A DNA stretch of 57,999 bases from assembly GCA_964483625.1 (NCBI GenBank), contig CAZABB010000009.1, forward strand, positions 1-57,999. The letters are read 5' to 3'. Made by a program: the position numbers and the translations under genes. The stretch comes from an uncultured Planctomycetia bacterium (GTDB lineage: Bacteria; Omnitrophota; Gorgyraeia; Duberdicusellales; 4484-171). The notes beneath the pieces are model-generated. The model searched no databases, was not told the origin of the DNA, and saw only the letters and a program-made list of their open reading frames with translations. This document shows positions 8,716 to 16,731 of this stretch, piece after piece (position 1 is the first letter of the stretch; every line of letters begins with the position of its first letter).

Positions 8716-9905
8716 TTGGACAAGAAATATTTCAGGAGATCCGAACCTTTTTCGAAATAGAGCGGGCTGTTCTGGGCTTCCAGTTCCGAATAAGACGAAA
8801 AACCGTTGGATTCTACGGCGCGCCCTGAGATCAAGAAGGGAACCGGTTCATCGGTATGGGTCCTTTTGGCAATCGGCGTGGGATGATCCGGAGTAATCAG
8901 GATTTTATATTCGGTATCGCCTAAGTTTTCCCGCAGCGTTCCGACGATCAACTTATCGATACGTTCCAGGCAGGTTATTTTCATCCGAATATCCTGATTA
9001 TGCCCGGCTTCATCGGGAGCTTCGATGTGAATAAAAACGAAATCAATATCTGAGAGCGCATCCAGGGCCGCCCGGGCTTTCCCTTCATAGTTGGTATCAT
9101 AGTATCCGGTCGCACCTTCAACCTGAAGAACCCGCAGACCGGTGATTTTCCCTATTCCCTTGATTAGGTCGACGGCGGAAATTACCGCGCCCGGGATACC
9201 GAACTTATGTTCAAAAGACTCCATCTGCGGCTTCCGCCCCACACCCCACAGCCAGACCATATGCGCGGGATTCTCACTTAAATCGACACGGACTTTATTG
9301 ATCTCATGCTCACTTAAAATCCGTTTTGATTCCTTCATGATCCGTACGATTTCCTGAACACGCTCCCCGCGGGGAAAATGTTTTTCGATGTCCTTGCCGA
9401 GGATATCGTGCGGCGGGTAATATTTCAGTTTATCCAAGCCCAACGACACGCCGCCCCGATATACCATGAGATTACGGTAGCTCTTGCCGGAATAAAACTG
9501 AATTCGATCGTTTCCCATCTGCTGCTGGAGATAGTCGATAAGAATTTTTGCTTCGTGGTCACGGATATGCCCGGCGCTGTAATCGAACAGAGTACCGTCG
9601 TGTTCGGTAATAAAATTGCACCGAAACGCGAGGTCGTCTTCACCCAACTCAATCCCTAAGTTCGCCGCCTCAAGCGGACCGCGGCCGGTATAATATTCTT
9701 TCGGGTCATAGCCCAGAAGCGCAAGATTGGCAATATCACTGGAAGGAGAAAACCCGGCCGGTATCGTCTTCACCCGACCTAACTGGCCTGCTTTTACCAA
9801 CGCGTTGATATTGGGCAGATCGGCGACCGCAAGCGGGGTCTTATCCCCCAGCATCTCCAAGGGATAATCGGCGGCACCGTCTAAGATAACAACTATATAT
9901 TTCAT
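8712..9905 (-). CDS. apgM: Cofactor-independent phosphoglycerate mutase, ApgM type
   Basis: DGAAD, SDIANL, GRGPLEA, HIEAPDEAGH, TPDHPTP and H-T-D-E-P-V-P motifs. Confidence 0.85.
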   Translation of the reverse strand: MKYIVVILDGAADYPLEMLGDKTPLAVADLPNINALVKAGQLGRVKTIPAGFSPSSDIANLALLGYDPKEYYTGRGPLEAANLGIELGEDDLAFRCNFITEHDGTLFDYSAGHIRDHEAKILIDYLQQQMGNDRIQFYSGKSYRNLMVYRGGVSLGLDKLKYYPPHDILGKDIEKHFPRGERVQEIVRIMKESKRILSEHEINKVRVDLSENPAHMVWLWGVGRKPQMESFEHKFGIPGAVISAVDLIKGIGKITGLRVLQVEGATGYYDTNYEGKARAALDALSDIDFVFIHIEAPDEAGHNQDIRMKITCLERIDKLIVGTLRENLGDTEYKILITPDHPTPIAKRTHTDEPVPFLISGRAVESNGFSSYSELEAQNSPLYFEKGSDLLKYFLSK

Positions 9906-9913
9906 AGAGATAA

Positions 9914-9942
9914 AGTTTAATATAAATACCTATGATTGGCAA
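9914..9942 (-). promoter_or_regulatory. sigma70 promoter, probably leaderless apgM transcript
   Basis: TTGCCA-17-TAAACT, 8 nt before the ATG, no Shine-Dalgarno. Confidence 0.55.
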
Positions 9943-9959
9943 GGATTTTATAAACGTTA

Positions 9960-10047
9960 GCCCGTTTACCCGTTACCCAGTTCGCCCGTTTATATTCTTT
10001 TAATAAAAATTTAAAAAACGGGTTAAACGCGAGCACGGGAAAACGCG
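9960..10047. repeat. CCCGTT / AACGGG palindromic tandem-repeat element
   Basis: gcccgtttacccgttacccagttcgcccgttt faces aaacgggttaaacgcgagcacgggaaaacgcg across an AT-rich spacer. Confidence 0.75.
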
Positions 10048-10059
10048 TGAACCGATTAT

Positions 10060-10088
10060 TTGCAAATTATATTTGTCTATGTTATAGT
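10060..10088 (+). promoter_or_regulatory. sigma70 promoter with extended -10, near-leaderless trmI
   Basis: TTGCAA-17-TATAGT with TGn, 9 nt before ATG 10098. Confidence 0.6.
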
Positions 10089-10097
10089 AATCCCACT

Positions 10098-10868
10098 ATG
10101 CTAAAAGAAGGCGACCTTATTCTGCTTTACAAAGACGACCGCAGAAATTTCCTCACCCATTTGACCCGTGAGCGTTTTCACACCGATAAAGGGTTCATCG
10201 AGATGGAACCGCTCATCGGGGCCGAATACGGACTCACCGTAACCACAAATCTTGGTTACGATTTCTACGTGTTAAAACCTACACTGTATCAACTGATGAT
10301 GAAAGCCAAACGGCTTACCCAAATCGTTTATCCCAAAGACGCCGCCCTTATTATCAATAAATCCACGATCTCATCCGGCTCACATGTCATCGAAAGCGGT
10401 ATCGGTTCAGGCGCACTCACCACCGCCTTCGCCCATACCATCGGACCGCAAGGTAAGATTTACGCCTATGAGAGAAGCGAGATGTTTCTAAAAAACGCGA
10501 AAAAGAATTTGGAAAAAAACGGCCTGGCCGACCGGGTGGAATTCAAACAGAGAGAGATTACCCCCGAGGTACGCTTCGACGAACGTGATGTCGATTTCGT
10601 GATGATCGACGTGGGAAGCCCCTGGGAACTTCTTGATGCCGCCTATGAAGCGCTGAAACCCGGCTGCCGTATGGCAACGATCTGCCCCAACTTCGAGCAG
10701 GTAACCGAGACGGTATTTACCATGGAAGAGAAGGGCTTTATCAATATCGAAACGTTTGAAGTACTGACTCGCAGAATTTTAGTGCGGCGGGGCAAAACCC
10801 GCCCCGAACAACGAATTCCGTCTCATACCGGTTTTGTCATTTTGGGGACGAAGATTACCAAAACATAA
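10098..10868 (+). CDS. trmI: tRNA (adenine-N1)-methyltransferase, TrmI/GCD14 family
   Basis: TQIVYPKD, ESGIGSGALT, DVGSPWE and HTGF motifs; start taken at MLKEGD. Confidence 0.92.
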   Translation: MLKEGDLILLYKDDRRNFLTHLTRERFHTDKGFIEMEPLIGAEYGLTVTTNLGYDFYVLKPTLYQLMMKAKRLTQIVYPKDAALIINKSTISSGSHVIESGIGSGALTTAFAHTIGPQGKIYAYERSEMFLKNAKKNLEKNGLADRVEFKQREITPEVRFDERDVDFVMIDVGSPWELLDAAYEALKPGCRMATICPNFEQVTETVFTMEEKGFINIETFEVLTRRILVRRGKTRPEQRIPSHTGFVILGTKITKT

Positions 10869-10894
10869 CCATCCTGATATTGTCCTATAAAAAT

Positions 10895-10928
10895 AAAAAA
10901 GCAGAAGCTTTAAGCTTCTGCTTTTTTT
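10895..10928. terminator. Bidirectional intrinsic terminator
   Basis: aaaaaa-gcagaagctt-t-aagcttctgc-ttttttt between convergent genes. Confidence 0.9.
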
Positions 10929-10953
10929 AAAAACTCTTTTTGTTATTTCTAAC

Positions 10954-11649
10954 CTAACGTTTACGTTTTTTAAATCCTATTCCGAATAACCCAAGCAAAC
11001 CTGTTCCCAGCAGAACCATTGTTGCCGGTTCGGGAGTGTGCGCGGTAAGCGATGCCCGATCGAGACGGATATCGTTTATAGAGCAATGGGCATGAGGTGC
11101 CATTACGATAGTATCCAACTTTCCGTCGTTCAAATACGATAACATCCCTTCATCGCCGAGACTGATATCGAGCATCGCGTATTCCCGTACGGAATATCCC
11201 GGACTCCATACCCACTTATCAAAACACCCCCACCATCTACATACCTGCACCTGCTCCCAGTGACCGGGAACCCAGTATCCCAGATCATATGTCGCTTCGG
11301 TCAATAACTGATCTCCATCGAAAAATCCGGTCCAGATCTGAACCGTCTCTTGAGCGGTATCGCTCGATGAAAATACGAATTCCAAGTCGCCCTTGTAGGA
11401 GTCGATACCCACCGGATATCCGACCGCGTCAGTGGTCGGATACGGACTTAACGTGTTTGAATTCACAAGATCAAAATGCAGCGTGACCGACTGCGCCCCG
11501 AGAATATTGTATTCATACAGATCAATATAATTGTTATCATCCGGAGCACCATAGAACACTTCCACAAAAGGAATCGCCGCCTGGCATACGCCTGAAGTTA
11601 AAAGAAAAACTGCGGCGATTAAACCGATACCCAATACTTTCTTCATCAT
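10954..11649 (-). CDS. PEP-CTERM sorting-signal exported protein
   Basis: N-terminal signal peptide; C-terminal TPEPATMVLLGTGLLGLFGIGFKKRKR. Confidence 0.92.
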   Translation of the reverse strand: MMKKVLGIGLIAAVFLLTSGVCQAAIPFVEVFYGAPDDNNYIDLYEYNILGAQSVTLHFDLVNSNTLSPYPTTDAVGYPVGIDSYKGDLEFVFSSSDTAQETVQIWTGFFDGDQLLTEATYDLGYWVPGHWEQVQVCRWWGCFDKWVWSPGYSVREYAMLDISLGDEGMLSYLNDGKLDTIVMAPHAHCSINDIRLDRASLTAHTPEPATMVLLGTGLLGLFGIGFKKRKR

Positions 11650-11706
11650 CCGTCCCCCTTTTTACATGATAGATACTCGTAGATAAAATAGCCCACCTAT
11701 TCTACA

Positions 11707-11722
11707 AGCATAAACTGTGCCA
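11707..11722 (-). promoter_or_regulatory. sigma54 (-24/-12) promoter of the PEP-CTERM gene
   Basis: TGGCACagtttatGCT (GG-N10-GC) on the minus strand. Confidence 0.75.
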
Positions 11723-11814
11723 GATAAAGAACATATTGATAAATTGTAAATGACTTATTTGCTTAGGGTTAGAAAAAGTAGAAAAACAAAAGGTAGAATC
11801 GGAAGGCGAAAAAG

Positions 11815-11849
11815 TGTAAAATTTTCTGACAAAGTCGGAAAACTTTACA
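11815..11849. promoter_or_regulatory. Palindromic enhancer (bEBP / PrsR-type box)
   Basis: TGTAAAattttctgacaaagtcggaaaacTTTACA, about 95-125 bp upstream of the sigma54 site. Confidence 0.6.
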
Positions 11850-11927
11850 AAATTCACCTCGCAAGCAATACTTCGATGACCATACCGGTGTACGTAAAAG
11901 GCATCCGGCATTCTATAACTGCCCACC

Positions 11928-11956
11928 TTGACGCCCGAGAAAACTTTATCTATAAT
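11928..11956 (+). promoter_or_regulatory. sigma70 promoter, probably leaderless radical SAM transcript
   Basis: TTGACG-17-TATAAT, 8 nt before ATG 11965. Confidence 0.7.
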
Positions 11957-11964
11957 CGTTACCA

Positions 11965-13419
11965 ATGAGAATCGCCCTGGCAATACCTCCGGTATATGGC
12001 GTCAACGTCCCCCCGTTAGGATTGGCATATATTGCCGGTCAATTGTTAAAAGACGGACACAAAGTACAGATATTTTGTCTCAACTCTCGTCTGTATAAAA
12101 CCTGTCCGTCAAAACGTTTCCTCTGGAATATGAACAACAGCGGCCAATGGCAGAAGACCCAACGTATCTACAAGCATTTCGATGTACACACCCTCGCCGA
12201 CCAGTGGGCCCAAAAAATCCTCGCCGTTGATCCGGAAATAATCGGTTTGAGTGTCAACATCTACTCCCGTATTTTCGCAGACGCGGTGGCTGAGGCAATG
12301 AAAAAACGAAAGCCCGGCATCATCGTGATCTTCGGCGGACCGTTATGCAACAATCTTCAAGAAGATGTGTTAAACCCGAACGTGGACCTTTACGTGAGAG
12401 GCGAAGGGGAACAGATAATCAGCAATGTGATAAGACATCTCACCGAGCACGGCTCTCTCTCTTTCCTGACGATAAAGAGCACCGTGATAAACCAGAATGG
12501 TACCTTTAAAGATCTTGGTTGGAATCCTCAACCTCTCGATGTCAATTCCTTACCGTTTCCCGCTTTACATCTTTTTCCCTGGGAGAATTATACCAGCAAA
12601 AAAGAAATCCCAATCCTGTTCAGCCGCGGCTGCAACTACTCTTGCACATATTGTAATGATACAACCACCTGGGGAAGATACCGGATGCGCGATCCCAATA
12701 ATATACTACAAGAGATAATTCTTCACCGCCGTTTATTCGGCAGAAAGAGATTCAAATGCAGCGACCTAATGGTCAACGGCGACAGTAAAAAACTTCTCGA
12801 TCTCGCCCGCAGGATAATCGAGCATAAACTTGATATCGAATGGGGCGGCATGGCCCGGCCCCGCGCCGAACTTTCGCACGATGTATACGAAACATTACGC
12901 AAAGCCGGATGTCGTTATTTTTCCTATGGGGTTGAAAGCGGTTCGGAAAAAGTACTTAACCATATGGGAAAACCGCCGGCAAAAAAAGTCGCCCGGGCAT
13001 TAAAGAAGACCCATGCTGCCGGCATTCGCGTCTATACACTCTGGATGATAGGGTATCCTACCGAATCCTGGTCCGATCTCTGGCACACTATCTATTTTCT
13101 TATCCGTAACCGAAACTCAATCGATGAATTCGTCGGAACAAGTTGCTGTTATATATTTGAAAACTCCTGGCTGGGAAAGCATCAGGAGAAACTTCATATT
13201 CAGCGTTGCCCGCCGCAACAATGGTATATATCGGGTAAAAACACCCCGGGTATCCGCCAATGGCGTAAAAATCTTCTTGTCGCCGCCGGATGTCTTCTGG
13301 GCCTGCCCTCGATACAAGACACCTCTTTCTTCTTACGGATCCTCTTTAAACCGCTCAAATATCTCCCGTTTAGGATCGGCACGTTGATCGCGGATATGAA
13401 ATGGCATTTGCGGGCTTAA
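11965..13419 (+). CDS. B12-binding radical SAM protein (class B methyltransferase-like)
   Basis: PPLGLAYIA, IFGGP, RGEGE, SRGCNYSCTYC (CxxxCxxC), GVESGS and MIGYPTE motifs. Confidence 0.88.
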   Translation: MRIALAIPPVYGVNVPPLGLAYIAGQLLKDGHKVQIFCLNSRLYKTCPSKRFLWNMNNSGQWQKTQRIYKHFDVHTLADQWAQKILAVDPEIIGLSVNIYSRIFADAVAEAMKKRKPGIIVIFGGPLCNNLQEDVLNPNVDLYVRGEGEQIISNVIRHLTEHGSLSFLTIKSTVINQNGTFKDLGWNPQPLDVNSLPFPALHLFPWENYTSKKEIPILFSRGCNYSCTYCNDTTTWGRYRMRDPNNILQEIILHRRLFGRKRFKCSDLMVNGDSKKLLDLARRIIEHKLDIEWGGMARPRAELSHDVYETLRKAGCRYFSYGVESGSEKVLNHMGKPPAKKVARALKKTHAAGIRVYTLWMIGYPTESWSDLWHTIYFLIRNRNSIDEFVGTSCCYIFENSWLGKHQEKLHIQRCPPQQWYISGKNTPGIRQWRKNLLVAAGCLLGLPSIQDTSFFLRILFKPLKYLPFRIGTLIADMKWHLRA

Positions 13420-13506
13420 ATCCCCCCAACCTATGACAAATCCGCATTGTGGAGGAATTATTTCTTATCCCCCGTCACAACGAATTAGCGAATGATCACA
13501 TTCCAA

Positions 13507-13537
13507 TACCATTTCCAATCCCGCATCGGAAATGGCA
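13507..13537. repeat. REP-like palindrome downstream of RAYT
   Basis: taccatttccaatcccgcatcggaaatggca; inverted copy of 14219-14249. Confidence 0.8.
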
Positions 13538-13538
13538 G

Positions 13539-14198
13539 TTAATCCAAGAGTAAGTGCTTGATTTTATCAAGCTCTCGCTGATAGGAGATACGGTCGCGGA
13601 CAAATCCTTCATAGTCCCTCGCATTCATATCAAAATAGTCAGAAAAATCACATATTTTCCTGTCATCGCATATCGCGTTTACATATTCGCCATACGAAGA
13701 ATATGCCCACACAGAAGCGTTATCAATAAGAAAAGCGGTTACCGGGTTTAAATGTATGTAGCGAGTCAGATGAAGGAATTGCTCGTCCGTTTCAACGCAC
13801 ACATTCTTAAACCGTCCTTCCCAGAGAGGTCCTAAACGATTATATTTCACATTGAAGTATTTCGTGTAACTTTTTAATACGAGATTCATATACCTGGATA
13901 TGCCGTCCTCTGTAAACTGCTGAAGTACCAGATGCACATGAGTCGGCATAAGACAATAGGATAACAGTCTTACCAGCTTTGCAGAATTCCTAACGTCTGA
14001 TGCTATCGCGCTTTTTTGATCCGGAGAAAACTTCATAAAAACCGACAACTTGGACGGACTTTTTTCTGCCATATAGAAAAATAGGGCGTTCCTCATTCTC
14101 TCATAATCATTGTCGTTTCTGAAAATGTGGAACTCCGCTATACTTCGTGTAAAAACATGATAGACTTGTTCAGCAACCAAGGGCACTTTTCTGAGCAT
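13539..14198 (-). mobile_element. REP-associated tyrosine transposase (RAYT, IS200-like Y1 HUH)
   Basis: YHVFTR, YCLMPTHVHL (HUH), LWEGRF, YIHLNP and WAYSSY motifs; flanked by inverted palindromes. Confidence 0.85.
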
Positions 14199-14215
14199 CT
14201 CCTACCCTTGCCTCC

Positions 14216-14252
14216 TTATGCCGTTTCCAATGCGGGATTGGAAACGGCATAA
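14216..14252. repeat. Perfect REP-like palindrome upstream of RAYT
   Basis: ttatgccgtttccaat-gcggg-attggaaacggcataa, a 16-bp stem. Confidence 0.85.
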
Positions 14253-14415
14253 ACTAGCGATATTGTCATCCCCAAAAAGAGCCGTTTAATTCAGGTGACT
14301 TCATTGAACGCTTGATCAAAAGACGCATAAGATTCCCACGGGCTAAAAGTCCAGGGATGGTCAGTCTATTATTACACCCCAAACAATGTCGATTTGTGGC
14401 GTAGTCCTAAAAAGC

Positions 14416-14498
14416 AAAAAACCTTCACCGCCTAGGCGAAGGTTTTACTTGTTTTTTACGTGGAGGTTCCCCCTTCGAACACACCACTCAATTGTTAC
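14416..14498 (-). ncRNA. Putative small RNA or leader ending in an intrinsic terminator, with a loosely preQ1-I-like core
   Basis: Promoter TTGACA-17-TAGAGT (14533-14505); GTGG..GTTCG..CCACGTAAAAAACAAG; hairpin aaaaccttcgcc..ggtgaaggtttttt. Confidence 0.35.
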
Positions 14499-14873
14499 TT
14501 GTTCACTCTAACGCTAACACTTATTGTTGTCAAGATGATAATCCCTTTTGTTTACTGTTGAGGAACAATGCCCGGCAACAGTAAAAAAACGGCAATTAAA
14601 ACTAAGCATATCTTTCACTTCTGTAGTAATATAATTCCACAAACCCACATTGCCGGTAAAGTAATTAATCCACTCTCCTGCATAGGCACGACGGTCATAG
14701 AGCAGAAAACCCCCTTCACCACCTGGGCAAAGGGTTTCTCACGAAAGCCTGTACGTAAAATATGGTACAATAACCTTATAGTCATCCACTTTTGGAATGT
14801 TGTCAACTCAAAAATACACTCAGAAATACACAAACCAGTTGCTGCCCCAATTGCAATGCGGGCTTGATAATGG

Positions 14874-15722
14874 TTATGATGTCGGATGACATAGGTACTC
14901 GTGTGCCAGATAAGAGCTGCGTACATACGGCGCGCTTTTTACGCTCTTAAATCTCATTTCATACGCAACCTTTTCCCATTTGGCAAATTCATCCGGCGGG
15001 ATATATTCACAAGGGTAATGGCCTTTCGAAGGCGGCAGATATTGGCCGATACTTAAGAAATCACAATCGGCATCACGCAGATCTTTTAAAGCCCCCCGAA
15101 TCTCTTCTCCTTTCTCCCCCAGGCCGAGCATCAAACCCGATTTGGCAAAGATATCGGGATTCATTCTTCTTGTCGCGGATAGAATATCAAGCGATCGGCG
15201 ATAATCGGCACCAGAGCGCACAGCCGGATAAAGAGAAGGAACGGTTTCTATATTATGAGCGATGATATCAGGAGAAGCTCTGACTACTGTTTTTAATGCA
15301 TCTTTGTTGCCTGAAAAATCGGGGATTAACACTTCAATCGTACGGACACACTCAACCGTCCGTAATTCATCGATAGTTTGAGCAAACATTCCGGCTCCCC
15401 CGTCTCTTGCATCGTCCCGGGTAGGTGAGGTGATCACCACATGGCGTAATTGAAGCGTCTCGACCGCCTCACGCAGCCGCTGTGGTTCATCCCGATCCGG
15501 CGATGACGGATTTCCTTTTCTTACGCCGCAAAACCGGCAATTGCGTGTACAGACATCACCTAAGATCATAAATGTCGCCACTTCGTGTTTAAAACATTCG
15601 CCGATATTGGGACAGCGCGCTTCTTCACATACCGTATGGAGTGAACCGGCACGCAGCAAATCCTTCATCGCACGTAATTCGCTTATATTAATTTTCTTGT
15701 CCAGCCAGGGCGATTTCTTCAT
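14874..15722 (-). CDS. lipA: Lipoyl synthase
   Basis: TVCEEARCPNIGEC, CTRNCRFC and VRSSY motifs. Confidence 0.97.
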   Translation of the reverse strand: MKKSPWLDKKINISELRAMKDLLRAGSLHTVCEEARCPNIGECFKHEVATFMILGDVCTRNCRFCGVRKGNPSSPDRDEPQRLREAVETLQLRHVVITSPTRDDARDGGAGMFAQTIDELRTVECVRTIEVLIPDFSGNKDALKTVVRASPDIIAHNIETVPSLYPAVRSGADYRRSLDILSATRRMNPDIFAKSGLMLGLGEKGEEIRGALKDLRDADCDFLSIGQYLPPSKGHYPCEYIPPDEFAKWEKVAYEMRFKSVKSAPYVRSSYLAHEYLCHPTS

Positions 15723-16521
15723 TGCGTTCTGAATTCCATGCCTTTAAGCGATACTTGTTTTTTAACAATTCGAACATCAACTTTTTCTCTTCACGATCGA
15801 TATCTGCGCGCAGACAGCGCACCTCGAATGTTTTTTCAAATGAACGGTAAAGCTGATCTCTCAAACGCCGCATAGAGAACCGTTTACCCAAAGCCTGGTT
15901 GATACCGTGGGTTTTCTGCTCGATATCACCGGGAATATCCCGTAAGAGATGCCTTATTTTTCCGTAATCAACGACCAGAGGAAGACTACCCTGCTGGAAG
16001 ATCAGGCTACCTTTACGCTTCTGAGCGTTGCCGCCGATCTTTTTGCCGGAGATAAGAATATCGAAGTGTTCACAGGTAGAAAAACAGAATACCCCGTAAT
16101 TACCTAACTGAGCGTTTTTAGCATAGAAGTCCTGCGCGAACTGGGCTTTCGCGCCCAAACTCCGGTAGAAATCCATCAGAAACGAGGTCAGGACGCGGAA
16201 CGATTCCTTTACCCCCCCCGCAAGTTCCAGGTCTTCAGTCGAAAGTGTCAGGCTGTAGGTAAGGTCTGATCCGTGCAGAATCGCCGCGCCGCCGGTGAGA
16301 CGCCGCACAAAAGGAATGGATCGCGTATCCAGAATATCTTTAAGAAACGTACTCTCCGGCCACTGAAAGTATCCCAAAGAGACAAACGGCTTCTGCCAGC
16401 CGTAGATGCGCAAGGTCGGAATCTTTTTATACGGGTACAGGTTAAAAATAGCTTCATCCTTGGCCATGTTGGAATAGCCGTCACCGGAACCGTCTAAGAT
16501 TACACGCCAATTCTTGTTCAT
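15688..16521 (-). CDS. Lipoate-protein ligase / octanoyltransferase (LipM/LplA family)
   Basis: NMAKDEA, LRIYGW, SLGYFQ, VRRLTGG, KKIGGNAQ and QQGS motifs; start taken at MNKNW. Confidence 0.88.
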   Translation of the reverse strand: MNKNWRVILDGSGDGYSNMAKDEAIFNLYPYKKIPTLRIYGWQKPFVSLGYFQWPESTFLKDILDTRSIPFVRRLTGGAAILHGSDLTYSLTLSTEDLELAGGVKESFRVLTSFLMDFYRSLGAKAQFAQDFYAKNAQLGNYGVFCFSTCEHFDILISGKKIGGNAQKRKGSLIFQQGSLPLVVDYGKIRHLLRDIPGDIEQKTHGINQALGKRFSMRRLRDQLYRSFEKTFEVRCLRADIDREEKKLMFELLKNKYRLKAWNSERNEEIALAGQEN

Positions 16522-16535
16522 AATATTTTTATTCA

Positions 16536-16728
16536 GGTCACACGTCATACGACACACGTCACACGTAGATTCGAAATGAAGAAAATCCTAATGTCCAAAA
16601 TGGATAACGATGTTAAGTGTTCTCCTCATATCTTTTTCCTCTTTCTTCCTTTCTGCATTTGTTTGGAATTTCGGATTTTTTATTCTCCCTCTCCTACATG
16701 TGACCTTGTGACTTTGTGTCTTTGTGAC
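16536..16728. repeat. Nested element: GTCACA arms outside, AAATCC/GGATTT-type arms inside
   Basis: ggtcacacgtcatacgacacacgtcacacg ... catgtgaccttgtgactttgtgtctttgtgac; inside, ttcgaaat..aaatcc faces tttggaatttcggattt. Confidence 0.8.
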
Positions 16729-16731
16729 TTT

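Noticed and set aside
14289-14298. ATTCAGGTGA resembling the start of a ToxI repeat
   Set aside because: A single 10-nt match with no tandem repeats and no toxN gene; consistent with chance.
14568-14926. ORFs 14568-14867 (+) and 14615-14926 (-)
   Set aside because: No recognisable motifs; they overlap hairpins, promoter-like sites and the end of lipA, so they are probably spurious.
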